DNA of 63,967 nt, filler included, from Octopus bimaculoides (lineage: Eukaryota): the NCBI RefSeq assembly GCF_001194135.2. It is 6 parts of 5 records of this genome, joined end to end, with 100 filler letters (N's around TTAATTAATTAA, not from the genome) between each part and the next. Parts side by side here need not be neighbours in the genome. Positions count along the whole stretch, not along the records: positions 1 to 24,682 come from NC_068983.1; 5 more parts are not named here. The stretch is one strand, 5' to 3'. Under the pieces are notes generated by a model. It did no database searches. It was not told where the DNA came from and saw nothing but the letters and a program-made list of their open reading frames with translations. Numbering within the stretch: the first letter of the stretch is position 1; each line of letters begins with the position of its first letter. The position numbers were made by a program, and so were the translations under genes. Below are positions 1 through 12,550 of the stretch, piece by piece.

Positions 1-11
1 TAGGGGTTGTC

Positions 12-1427
12 TTGGAAATGGGAGGCACCGTGGTGGAAGATGCAGCCTGGCTCAGGAAGATGGATGACTGCAACCATATCAACGTGGCGGAGTTGGATGC
101 CGTGCTGAAGGGGGTGAACCTGGCCTTGAAGTGGGGGCTGTGCACCATCGAGATTAGAACCGATTCGGCCACTGTGCTTGGTTGGGTGACGACAGTCATC
201 ACCAATGAGTGGAGGGTGCGAACCAAGGGGGCTGCGGAGATGCTGGTAAAGCGCCGATTGGGAATATTGCGGGAGCTAACCGCTGAGTTCGATCTGGAGC
301 TGAGCGTAATTTTTGTGCCTTCCGAAAAGAACAGGACAGACGTCCTAACCAGGGTAAAGCGAGCTTGGTTGCAGGTGCCAGAGGATGCGGAGCAGGCTGT
401 GGCTGCAGTATGCTGTCTGAGTGACTCGGAGTTGAGGAGACTGCATACCATGCATCACATGGGAGTGGACAGGACGTTTTTCCTCGCCAGGAAAGTTGAC
501 TCCGAGGTAACGAGGTGGAACGTGCAGAGAGTGGTTAGCAGCTGTGACAAGTGCTAGTCTATTGACCCTGCTCCGGGCGTACATGAGGCAGGAAGTATTC
601 CAGTGGCCCACAACTTGAAACGACTGGCAGTGGACGTAACACACTACCGGTAGGGAACGTACCTCTCAATGGTTGACTGCGGACCGGGGCGGATGGCCAT
701 ATGGAGGGAGATGAAGACGGGGACTGCAGAGGAAATCGCAGGAGTATTAAATGGGATATTCCTGGAACGAGGCCCCGTGGATGAGCTGCTGCTGGATAAT
801 GGCACTGCATTTCGCTCGGAGGTGCTGAAAGAAATGCTTGNNNNNNNNNNNNNNNNNNNNNNNNNNNNNNNNNNNNNNNNNNNNNNNNNNNNNNNNNNNN
901 NNNNNNNNNNNNNNNNNNNNNNNNNNNNNNNNNNNNNNNNNNNNNNNNNNNNNNNNNNNNNNNNNNNNNNNNNNNNNNNNNNNNNNNNNNNNNNNNNNNN
1001 NNNNNNNNNNNNNNNNNNNNNNNNNNNNNNNNNNNNNNNNNNNNNNNNNNNNNNNNNNNNNNNNNNNNNNNNAATGCGACTCCGGGGAGAAGAAGAGCAC
1101 ACCTTCGTGCAGATCGGGGAAGAAGTTTGGGTAAAACCCCCAAATGTACGGTGCACATCACAATGGGGGAAAGGAACTATAACCTCCATCAATTCAAAGA
1201 GCAACGTCTCAGTCGATGGTATGCCACGCCATGTTTTGGATGTGCGGAAGATTGTCAGTGCTTCAGAGGATGGAACCAGCTGCAGTGGGCAGGATGATGA
1301 AGACAGCAGCAGTAGGCAAGATGACGAAGGCAGCGCGCCAGGAACTCAGGCCAGTCCCGGGGTCGCACAGCGACCACAGAGGGAGCAGTACCCTCCTCTC
1401 TGGTTGGCTGATTATGAAACCAATTAA
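12..1427 (+). mobile_element. Ty3/Gypsy-like LTR retrotransposon pol 3' part (RNase H, integrase Zn finger, integrase core), inactivated
   Basis: One frame from 12 to 1427 reads RNase H-like AELDAV...IRTDS, HHCC (LHTMHH...CDKC) and integrase core (LAVDVTH...LLLDNGTAF). In-frame TAG stops at 555-557 and 651-653; N gap 841-1072. Confidence 0.9.
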
Positions 1428-1490
1428 GGTAGTTCGGGAGCGAGGAGTGAGTGGGAGAGCCGGTTGAATGATCTATAGATCAGGGAAGCG

Positions 1491-1750
1491 TGTGGTGTGA
1501 TGAGCTGTGTGTTGTGGTGGAGAGGGGTGAGGCAAACAGAGGTGAAGCCAGACCGGAAGGGGTCAGATCGGAAGTTGGCGACACCCGGTCGAAGGCTAGC
1601 ACGTGGAGTCAGTCAGAAAACAGCGTGGTTACGAGAAAGACGTGTTCTGATCAGGAGCGATCGTGTACTCCGCTGCGGTCGACAAGGTAAGGTCCAACGT
1701 TTCATTCTGTCCTTTTGCTTCTTGTTGTCTTTTTCCTCCATCACACCACA
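1491..1750 (+). mobile_element. 3' LTR (260 bp) of the Gypsy element
   Basis: Starts TG and ends CA, with a perfect 12-bp terminal inverted repeat TGTGGTGTGATG...CATCACACCACA. Preceded by purine-rich AGGGAAGCG (PPT-like) just downstream of the integrase stop. Confidence 0.8.
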
Positions 1751-2260
1751 ATTCCTTTTTAGAAAGGCAAGCTCTTTCATTGGCTCACATATATTATAAT
1801 AAATAGCAACATATATAAAGTAATTCAGTCAACAAAAAAACAGCAGTTTCAAACGGAGATGGTACCATGTTACCAAGTCAAACAGTATCAATTTTTTTTA
1901 GCCAGAGGTCAGGCCTGATTGACCAGACCTATTAACAAAGATTCGAGTAATGATTGCTCTATATTTTACCAGGTATAACTTGTAGTGCACCAGAGCACTG
2001 TACACAACAAGCTCATTATTATTTCATTATTTTATAATATCTCTAGATCTACTGTATTTAAATGTGACTTTATTTTTTTTAACAACAGGATGTGCTTTGA
2101 GGGACATTTTGAAAGACTTTTTGATTCCAGATATCAATTCTTTTCTACCATAGGCACAAGGGTGGAAATTTTGATGGTAGGGGTGACAATTAATTACATC
2201 AACTCCAGTACTCAACTGGTACTTGTTTTACTGACCCCAAAAGGATGAAAGACAAAGCTG

Positions 2261-2534
2261 GGCACTGTCATGGTATTAGCTGTCAGAATTGAAAGTAGAA
2301 CTGACAAGGAACGTTACTGTTGGTTTGAGTTGATTCTTTGGCTACTGACTAGCCGGAGCTATCTATCTGTCTGTCTATCTCACTATCTCTATCTATCTAT
2401 CTATCTATCACTCGTTCACCTCTGTGTCCGTAGAATTTATCAAATTAGAAAACGCAAATTTAATATAAAAATATATTTTCTGAAATTGCAAATTATTTAA
2501 AATATAAAAATATAATTTTCAACAGAGAGAATTT
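2261..2534. mobile_element. Left part of a GGCACTGTC-ended MITE (Merlin-like), long form, running into a gap
   Basis: Interrupts a family-C SINE. 2261-2520 is the reverse complement of 6008-6259. Confidence 0.6.
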
Positions 2535-2709
2535 NNNNNNNNNNTTTGAGGGACATTTTGAAAGACTTTTTGATTCCAGATATCAATTCTTTTCTACCAT
2601 AGGCACAAGGGTGGAAATTTTGATGGTAGGGGTGACAATTAATTACATCAACTCCAGTACTCAACTGGTACTTGTTTTACTGACCCCAAAAGGATGAAAG
2701 ACAAAGCTG

Positions 2710-2816
2710 GGCACTGTCATGGTATTAGCTGCCAAAGAATCAACTCAAACCAGCAGTAACGTTCCTTGTCAGATTTTTCTACTTTCACTTCTGACAGCTA
2801 ATACCATGACAGTGCC
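2710..2816. mobile_element. Short internally deleted GGCACTGTC MITE (Merlin-like)
   Basis: TIR GGCACTGTCATGGTATTAGCTG / CAGCTAATACCATGACAGTGCC; 8-bp TSD CAAAGCTG (2702-2709) / GAAAGCTG (2817-2824). Confidence 0.7.
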
Positions 2817-2960
2817 GAAAGCTGACCTCAGCGGAATTTGAACTCAGAATATAAAGCCAGAAAAGTATCATTAAGCATTTTGTCCAATGAGCTAACAAGT
2901 CAGCGAGATATCATTTGACAGAAGTTTAGCTCTAGTTCAGTCCTGATAGTTAAACCTATG

Positions 2961-3310
2961 GTTGGCACTCCGTCGGTTACGACAACAAGGGTTCCAGTTG
3001 ATCCGATCAACGGAACAGCTTGCTCGTGAAATTAACATGCAGACACGTGTACCCTTAACATAGTTCTCGGGGATATTCAGCATGACACAGTGTGACAAGG
3101 CTGACCCTTTCAATTACAGGCACAACAGAAACAGGAAGTAAGAGTGAGAGAAAGTTGTGGTGAAAGAGTACAGCAGGGTTCGCCACCTTCCCCTGCTGGA
3201 GCCTCGTGGAGCTTTAGGTGTTTTCACTCAATAAACACTCACAACGCCCGGTCTGGGAATCGAAACTGCGATCCTATGATCGCGAGTCCACTGGGCCATT
3301 GCACCTCCAC
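2961..3310 (-). mobile_element. tRNA-derived SINE, family A
   Basis: Reverse complement of the 40528 and 43129 copies; 12-bp TSD GTTAAACCTATG at 2949-2960 and 3311-3322. Confidence 0.9.
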
Positions 3311-3973
3311 GTTAAACCTATGATCAAAGTATTTTTTTTAAGATTGTGGTGTGTGAATTGAGAGAGATTTGACTGTTGTTTCTGGAAGATTGAGTAGAAA
3401 CCGTGTGAAGTTCCTACATAGGCTACAATCATAATTGATTCTGTCTAGTCCCAGGGCAGCCTACATCAATCAAAAGACAATTGAGCTGTAGACTAAATTA
3501 TCCAATGTGTCCTTCCCATTTTGAAGACAGAAGGCACGGTGTGAGAACGATTTAGCGACTATTATTTATACAGAACAAAGTGACCATAAATAAGTTCCCA
3601 AATAAGCTACTATAATTTGACTGAAGAAATGGTTCAGTATTAAAAGGGAAGTAACTCTATGCGTCTTAGCGCCAGTAAGTTTGTAAATTTGAAAAAAAAA
3701 ATGGCGGGATTCGAGTCTTTGAAGCACTTAAATTAAAAGGTTCAACAGATATTGTTGCTGAATACTTTTGTAAGTTGAATATTTTTCGTCTTCGGCTAAA
3801 TTAAGAACAAAGCCGACCTCAGTGGAATTTGAACTCAAAACATAAATTAAGAACAAGTTATTTCTACTGTTAAAGACTAAGTTATCGTATAAAGACGTAG
3901 TTTTTTAAAGTTTTCTTTTTTTAAAATTATAATTACTATCTTCCTTTATTCATCTCAACGGCTCACCATTTCG

Positions 3974-4133
3974 GTAAATTTTCAGATTAACACCCGCACG
4001 ATTTTCACTAGGGTGTTAGGGTCAGGGTTAGGGTTAGAGTTAGGAAATTCCGTCCCTAACTCTAACCCTAACCCTAAAACCCTGACCCTAACACCCTAGT
4101 GAAAATCGTGCGGGTGTTAATCTGAAAATTTAC
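3974..4133. repeat. 160-bp fold-back element with inward-facing TTAGGG-like repeats
   Basis: Perfect 56-bp inverted arms (3974-4029 / 4078-4133) with TTAGGG/CCCTAA-type units inside. Confidence 0.85.
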
Positions 4134-4572
4134 TACCGTTTCTTGTCTAGATACAAACTTTTCATCATTTAACGTCCATATTCCATGCTGGTATAAGGTT
4201 GGACGGATCTTGTTCAAAACGGGGTTTTTTCTGTTCTATAACACAAAATAGATAAGTATACGAAGTTTGAAANNNNNNNNNNNNNNNNNNNNNNNNNNNN
4301 NNNNNNNNNNNNNNNNNNNNNNNNNNNNNNNNNNNNNNNNNNNNNNNNNNNNNNNNNNNNNNNNNNNNNNNNTTCATATATACGTATACCTACGCATGCA
4401 CATAGATGTGAACATATAACAACGCTTATCTAAAAAAGAGAAAGATCCAAAAAATATATTGAAGATGGGATGGTCGTAGTTAGGCACTTTGGTCAAACAG
4501 ACATACAAAAATAGACTGAAGAGTGGAGACTACGTGCAACTCATTACATTGCGTATAAAGTAGATAATAATA

Positions 4573-4612
<40 letters not shown>

Positions 4613-6007
4613 TAATAATGAAATTATTGTGTATAGTGCTCAGGTGCACTCTAGCCGTAACAACTCTTTTTTCGAAGGAGTATGTCTCAGACTACATTAT
4701 TAAACATGTTATTTCAGATGTTACGAATGCAATTTAAGAAAGATTTTGGTTGCTATTTCTAGCAGATTAAACAACGACGTAGACAGTCGCTAACTCGCTG
4801 TGACCTGCTTATTTCAAACAGCTGATTCATTGCGCCATATTCTCAACAGTAAGCAATTTCTTAATAAACTAAATACATTAATACATTTTATGCCCTGTTT
4901 GCTTCGCTGTACTTTATAAAATGAATTAAAAACCGGGGTTAAGCAACAATACCTACTCATAAGAAAACATTGCAAAAACACTTAACTTTTATCTTTGTCC
5001 CATACACATAATACTAGGAAANNNNNNNNNNTATATATGGGACAAAGATAAAAGTTAAGTGTTTATATATATATACAGAGAGAGAGAGAGAGAGAGTGGG
5101 GTATTTAGGACTTCGTCTGTATTTCGTTTGCATGCGAATACAAAATTTATTCTTTCTCTTTTTATAGCTAAATTTGCTGTTAGGAAATGAGATAGACACA
5201 TTCGTAACCAAACGAAAGGAAAAGCACGAACGTCAAAACATTCCATTTTCTTACAATCCAATAATGTGAGAAAAAGAAAGAGAGCAATAATTTTCTGAAA
5301 GTTTATTGAGCTATAATCCGAAAACTAAAATTTCTTCTTCAAAAATGGGTAAAGTGTTCGAAGATTTACTGTCAATAATTTGTTTTTTTTAGCAAGAGTA
5401 GCTGGAAAACTTAAATGAGGTGTAGTAATGGGTGATGGAAGAAAGTGTCACATACCATAACAAACTGGAAAAAAATTTAACTTTAATAATTGTCGCAGTC
5501 AACTGAATTTTGTTGTTCGTTTAGTTGGTGGTGAAATTATTTACAACTATAATGTTTAAGCTTTAAGTTAAACAAATACACAGAAACACAGAATGGAAAT
5601 ATTTGTAACGACAAGAAAATATGCATTTTGTTAGTAAATTAACAATTGTTGAAAAAATAAGTTATTGGAAATATTTATTCGTTTTGTAAACAATACTTTA
5701 CATTTATTTGACAATAGTTACCACGTAGACCAAGCTATGAAAATAACCAAAGTAGTATATAAAGAAAATAACACGATATCATAACATTCTGGTTAAGTTT
5801 AAAAAAAAACTATTAAAGATAATTTAGTAAAATAAGGATAGACGTTTAATTAACGCTNNNNNNNNNNNNNNNNNNNNNNNNNNNNNNNNNNNNNNNNNNN
5901 NNNNNNNNNNNNNNNNNNNNNNNNNNNNNNNNNNNNNNNNNNNNNNNNNNNNNNNNNNNNNNNNNNNNNNNNNNNNNNNNNNNNNNNNNNNNNNNNNNNN
6001 NNNNNNN

Positions 6008-6259
6008 AAATTATATTTTTATATTTTAAATAATTTGCAATTTCAGAAAATATATTTTTATATTAAATTTGCGTTTTCTAATTTGATAAATTCTACGGAC
6101 ACAAACAGAGGTGAACGAGTGATAGATAGAGAGAGAGTGAGATAGACAGACAGATAGATAGCTCCGGCTAGTCAGTAGCCAAAGAATCAACTCAAACCAG
6201 CAGTAACGTTCCTTGTCAGTTCTACTTTCAATTCTGACAGCTAATACCATGACAGTGCC
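6008..6259. mobile_element. Right part of the GGCACTGTC MITE, long form
   Basis: Ends ...GACAGTGCC at 6259; near-identical inverted copy of 2261-2520. Confidence 0.6.
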
Positions 6260-7769
6260 AAAAAAAACTATTAAAGATACTTTAGTAAAATAAGGATAGA
6301 AGTTTAATTAACGCTTAAAGTAATTACCTTAAGTGGCTGTATGTTATTGTTCTCCGAAAACAGCGACAAGGTTTGTACGAAATTTGAAATTCGTACTATG
6401 TTGACGTCACTGTCAATGAACCAATCAGATGATAATTGACATATGCAGAGGTTGTGAAATAGATTGCTGTTATCTATTCCTGACGAAATGAACTTATGAT
6501 CAAAAGCATTGCATCTGTGACTATCACCTCTTTTCTACATCAAGATCTACAATACTGTACAAGGTTTTCTTCCCCCTTTTTGAATGACTGGTATAAGCCG
6601 AGCGACCTTACAGAGACTCTCGTGTTGGTTCGCGTCACTTCGTGGAGAGAAGATCGTGACACGGAGAAGAAAAGTTCTCTGCCAGAAACTTTAGACTTCA
6701 TCTCTTTTCGTGGCATACGAAACTGTCTTTTACTGACGCAGATCTCCACTTGCTATTTGTTTGGATTCTATTTATTTATTTATTTATTTATTACTTCGCT
6801 GACAAAGTGTCAGAGAATAACTCAAGTTTACTTCGCGATTTCGTATTGAGAGGCGGGGGAGGGGGTTGATTGGACTTGTTCGTCATCTTATGCAACTCGG
6901 CCAAAGTTTTGAGTGAGATTTAGTGGAAGAAAATTGTTTGGAGATTCGTTGAAAGACAGTTCCTGTTCTTGGTTGGTGATGGACTTAATTTGTCATCTGG
7001 GGTACTTTTAGTTGTGTTCATTCAGGTGCAAGCATTTAAACCCGGTTTCCAGCCAGAAGAAAGCTTCCCTACCCCTCCCACTCGGTCTCGGAAGACCTGA
7101 AGGGGTTGTGGGGCGTTGTCCTTCTTTATCTGACTATGCTATAAAATAGTATCAATAGGAAAACAGAACCGGTGAGGTAGTTCATAATTATTTTTTAACT
7201 ACATACACACACACGCGCGCGCACGAGTTCTTTGTGGATTGTGTTGTTCTAAGCTGCAACTTTTTAGTTTGTCTAAATCCAATACTATCTTTACACCGTT
7301 TAAGTTCAAATTCCAAAATTCTACCAATGTCCGCTTTGCTTTCCATTCCTGTGAGTAAAAGTAAGAAGCAGGCATATAATGGAATCAGATCAATAATCTT
7401 ATTTATTATACACTCTAATGTATATATCAGTGACTTCATACCAATGGAAAGAATGAAACTGAACACGTTTAGCTTGGTGTTTTACAATCCCTCTCTCCCT
7501 TTGCTCGTATTTGTTGATAATTCTTTCTACTATAGGCACAAGGCCTGAAATTTCTTAACACAAGAAGGACTGGACTCTTCAACTATTAAAGACTAGAATG
7601 CGTCAATTGTCGCAAAGATGTTTTTTAATTTGAAAAGATAAAAAAAAAATGTAAAGGAGAAGTAGGAAACCTTTATTAAATGTATGAATTTATTAAATTT
7701 CATGACTTCACGGTTATATTAATCGCAATAATTTGATATTCTGAAAGAAATTTATCCATACAAAATAGA

Positions 7770-8000
7770 AAGAAATTTATCGAAATTCTAAACATTCATC
7801 GCATTGTTTTAGTGCACATTTGCCATACAGAGGCTTTTTACGGACTCCATCCATTTCTGTGGTTCTCTTTCGGTATTTTGTTTTCACACATGTACGTCTG
7901 ACTTTATTCCTAGAGGGAGATGTTTTCTCAATAGGGTGTTGAACTGCCGTGAAATGAATCACCACAAAGTTCCTCAACAACTTTTTGAATATATTCCCGT
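7770..8000 (-). mobile_element. piggyBac-like transposase C-terminal (Cys-rich) remnant
   Basis: Minus ORF 7777-7980 HF..IEKTSPSR.KVRRTCVK...GVRKK...C..CDEC resembles a decayed piggyBac cysteine-rich domain. Confidence 0.5.
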
Positions 8001-8199
8001 TGACTTATGACTGAGTTGCTAACACCTGTGTATATTACCCACCAGCTGTTTATAACAGCAACATCGAAAATATTATTAAAAAGACGTATATTAGCCATTG
8101 TCTACTGCTTACTTTAATTGAATAAATCCTTGCCACGTGAAGCTACGTGAAGCTGCTGCTGGAAACTGTGGAGATAGTTGCTGCTGGAAATCCACATGT

Positions 8200-8590
8200 G
8201 TGACATAAGTCTTCGAAAAGCGTCAGAAGTTGTCCGAGAATTTCTACGACTTCACCAGTTCCAATTTCTAGCCTCCTAATTCTCCCAACTGTAGTCCCAT
8301 GGATTATGTGAGGAGAACGGTTGAGGACAACACCAATCACTCTTCTTACAACACCAAGGTTGAACTGGCGGCCAACATCAAGGAGGTATTCGAAGGTCTT
8401 CCGATGGACATAATGAGGAGCACGTGCACCAGGTTTCGGAGCCGTCTTGAGGCTGAGATGGAAACTGAGGGCGTTTACTTTGAGTAAACTTTTATCTGCC
8501 AGCCATAATGTAGTTGATATCTTTTGATTTTATAAAATAATTTTATTTTTGATGGGATGTTGTGTCAAATTTAACTTGAACACCCTGCAT
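8200..8590 (+). mobile_element. Tc1/mariner-superfamily transposase 3' end with right TIR
   Basis: Reads ..PPNSPNCSPMDY..VE...ELAANIKEVF...CTRFRSRLEA...GVYFE*; TIR-like TTGAACACCCTG near 8577-8587. Confidence 0.7.
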
Positions 8591-9142
8591 TTAATATTCT
8601 TTTTTTAATTTTTATCTTTTTGGCATTTCTGGGATAATGACTTCAAGATACACTATGCCTCCATTTATTTCTTGTGCTTCAAGTAACGTGGAGCAATTGA
8701 GTTAAAGGTATGGGATATTTGAATGTATTGGTAGTTCTGGAGTAGGTTTGGTGTTATGGGGGAAATCATTGACTGAGATTTAGTTCAGTTGGTTCATTAC
8801 TACTAAGTTTAGAGACTCATGTGGACACCCTTTGCATCAAATTAGCGTTTGAGCTGGTAAGTGAGGTACACTGGAATGCTTTCTTGCTTTTTTTGGAAAG
8901 TTAAAACTGATGTAAAATATTCTAAGAAGCATAACTTACTGAGTTTTCCACGAAAGACAACGCAACTATGCATTTTCGATGTAACTCTATGCGTTCAATT
9001 TACATTTGTTCCGCCAGCCATTAATGGAAATGAACAGATTCTTAGACTACTCAAAAATGTGTTTAAATATATGGCAAATACTGTGTTGTCTTTTTATTGT
9101 TGCTGTTTAGTTCCAGGTCTATTGCAATCGAGCGGACCTACG

Positions 9143-10464
9143 ATACTTTTCTGCTATAGGCACAAGGCCCGAAACTTTTGGGGAAGTGGGCCAGTCGATT
9201 AGATCAACCCCAGTACGCAACTGGTACTTAATTTATCGACCCCGAAAGGATGAAAGACAAAATCGACCTCGGCGGAATTTGAACTCAGAACGTAAAGACA
9301 GACGAAATACTGATTTCTTTATTAAGCATAAAGTCCAAAACATAGATGGGGACACCACAAGGACAGACAAGACCACAGTGGGGACAAAAAACAGAACGAA
9401 TGTGAATGAGATGAAAGTTATATAAAAATGAAAATGGACGCATGGGCCCCACTCCCATGCAGTACCATTTGAACCGTTATATGTATTATCTACAATTGTT
9501 CTTTTTTCCCCCTTTAATTTCATACTATTTTTGTCTTTAGTAGAACTTCACCAGTGGTTCGATCTCTCTCAAATCCACCACTGGTAGCAACTCCTAAACT
9601 CCACCTTCACTCCTGATGGGTCAACGCCATCTCCACACATCTCCTTCAACTTTCCACAGTTCTCCTCTTCAATCAATATCGCCTTCATATCCCCTGCGCA
9701 GACGCATGAAGGCACCTTCACTCTTACCATCAAATGAAACTCGACTATCTTTTTCTTCGCCTCAACATTCCTTGGGTACGTCACGCAACACCACACTCCA
9801 TCTCCTCCTCCCTCTTGGACTTTTGGTTTTCTCTCTTCTTCCTCCATAAATAGCCTCTCCATCTCACTTTCATACAGTTGGCCTTCCGACCCCTTCTCCA
9901 CTGGTAACTCCACCTTCTTTTTACTTTCTTTTTCCTTCCTACTGCCCTCCCTCACAGTCTCCTTCTCCACCTCCTCCTTCCTCCCCATCTTTCTCGTGGC
10001 TGCCTTCATGGTTCCAAATATAACCGTTCCCTCTGTCACGCTGGCCGATAGCTCCTCAGGCGGCGTCAGCCTCAANNNNNNNNNNGCTGCCTTCATGGTT
10101 CCAAATATAACCGTTCCCTCTGTCACGCTGGCCGATAGCTCCTCAGGCGGCGTCAGCCTCAAAATGTTTCCCTCCTCCGTGATCAATTTCTCACTCTCCC
10201 TCATCCTTCTAGGCTCCACCTCCATCTCGTGGACCTCCAACTCTCGCGTGTCCACTCTCCTGCCCGTGGCGGCTGCATAACCTGGGCCCGCCTCCGGCTC
10301 CCTCTCCACCTTCCCACAATGGGAAGCAAAATAACAATTAACAAATCAACAACAATTCAAATCAACAACAATGGCAACAATTCGATAAGCACTTCAACAC
10401 AAACTCACGCAATAACTTCACAGAGACGGGATACCGCTAAGCATTTCGCCCGGCGTGCTAACGT
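9143..10464 (-). mobile_element. Family-C tRNA SINE split by a 1.1-kb GC-richer insertion (about 9311-10430)
   Basis: SINE consensus ...GACGAAATAC|CGCTAAGCATTTCGCC is broken at 9310 and resumes at 10431; ATAC is duplicated at both junctions. Confidence 0.8.
9569..10309 (-). mobile_element. Glu/Lys-rich ORF inside the 1.1-kb insertion, possibly a retroelement ORF1/gag-like remnant
   Basis: Open frame of about 246 codons. About 75 bp is duplicated across the N10 gap at 10076-10085, probably an assembly overlap. No recognisable domain. Confidence 0.35.
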
Positions 10465-11020
10465 TTCTGCCAGCTCGCCGCCTTGAGCGGACCTATGATT
10501 AATGGCATTCTAGCTGTGTCCATTCCAATATTCATTTTCAAGTAATGTGTATCCTGGCTACATTGTCCAGTGTGTACGAATTTAAGACAGCAGAGTGCAA
10601 TTTCAAAAAGATTAGAGGATTGTTATTTCTAGCAGATCGAACAACCATGCAGAAGTTTACTCGAGAGTTCCAGACGCCTTCTTGTCAGGATACGTGATTA
10701 GGTATCGTGACAAGCGATACCTCTTACTGGATAGCAAGCCTAACGTGTTTAACATCTAGGAGGATTTGAACTCATTAAAGCACTCGTTAGTTATACTCTG
10801 TCACTGCTACTTAGGTACATTGATTTGTACCTCACTGCTTCACTTATTTATAGCCAAGTGGGCTGAGTCATTGAGAATTAAATGTCTTTGCCGATTTTAT
10901 ATTGCAGTACTTGCAACGTGGAGATATACTAACGCTGACAGGCTGATGACCAAGATGCCTATAAGTGAATTAGCATTGCTTTGTTTAGTTAAGCTCTGTA
11001 CGAGGGAGTGAGAGAGAAGG

Positions 11021-11063
<43 letters not shown>

Positions 11064-11465
11064 AGGAGAGGATGGAATAGAGACAGGGATTGAGAGCAAA
11101 CAAAGGTATAAAATAGCATCAAATGATTAAATAAAGATCTGATGTTCAAAAATCAAATTCCCATTCATCGGTCGAATGCTATATGAAAATCCAATAAACA
11201 GATAAGCACAGAATCAAAGATCAAATCACCGAGGGAATGTGATATTTCTAATTAATAGAGCTATGAGGAAATATCGAATTATCGAATTTGGTATCGAACC
11301 AACAAACCCTGAGATACTTTTGATAAAGAACCGATTGAAGTCAGATAAAAATTCCCCCAGCAACCTTTATGGATTGGTGATCTAAAAGGATGGATGAGAG
11401 ACCTTCTAAATTCTAAACATCATGATATATCAATGTTTATCTTTCTGCCATGAATATCAGTGGAC

Positions 11466-11531
<66 letters not shown>

Positions 11532-12258
11532 CTATCTGTCGGCCGGTCGGTCTGTCTGTGTATATATGCTATTTTACTACATTATTTACATGTGACGGAT
11601 ATTTTACTATTTTACTTGTTTCAGTCATTTGACTGCGACCGCGTTGGAGCACCGCCTCGAAAGAATCGACTCCGGACTTTTTTTTTTTTAAGCCTAGTAC
11701 TAATTCTATCGGTCTGTTATGCCGAACTGCTAAGTTACGGGGACGTAACTTGTTCTGTATTTTACCAGATGTAATAAACTTGTCCTGAACTTTTCCAAGT
11801 GTAATAACTTGTCCTGCACTTTTCCAGGTTTATAAGTTTAAGAATATTATTTCTCTTGCTCGCATTTTTCCATGTAATATGATATGCGTAGCACATCGTG
11901 AATAAGAAGAAATTAAATAGACTGAACTCTTGCAAAACATCATCGTGGGTGAGAAAAAAAAAGTATATTCAATATATGCTATTACTGTGCAGAAAGACGA
12001 AGAAGGGAACCTGTCGACAGACCATTTCTCAGTTTGCTGACTGTTCTCCAAATAAGTTTCACCCAACTTGCTTTCTCCATTAGTAACATAGATCAGCTGC
12101 CATATAAAGCACTCATAGATTAAGTTGGCTCAGTAGTAAATAGATTGATCTTTATATTTGTACTTTTGTACTTTTCACTACTCATTATTAGTTAACAGAA
12201 GCTATTTTTGTCTGTGCATTAATAGAATAGAAAGAATATGTTTACATCCATATTTCAC

Positions 12259-12329
<71 letters not shown>

Positions 12330-12550
12330 CTGTTGTGTCTGGGGAGAGTCATTTTCTTATTGTGCCTTAAAATTTAACACACTCAACGTTAAAATTTCCA
12401 CTTATTTCTTATTTTTATTTTCCTAAAATTTTCGTTGCGTCTTGCAACCTTTTCAATAGTCTTAAAAATAAGAAATAAGTGGAAATTTTAACGGTGAGTG
12501 TGTTAAATTTTAAGGCACAATAAGAAAATGACTCTCCCCAGACACACCAG
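12330..12550. mobile_element. Fold-back MITE with about 88-bp arms
   Basis: 12330-12417 is the near-perfect reverse complement of 12463-12550 (two mismatches seen). Confidence 0.8.

Noticed and set aside
6402-6425. CRE (TGACGTCA) plus CCAAT promoter
   Set aside because: No adjacent gene start found, and it lies among repeat-like sequence; short motifs alone are insufficient.
9996-10162. Tandem duplication within the 246-aa ORF
   Set aside because: The two identical units flank an N10 gap, so this is an assembly overlap.
10940-10985. CTGATGA...GAAT on the plus strand as a hammerhead
   Set aside because: No convincing stem II or stem III.
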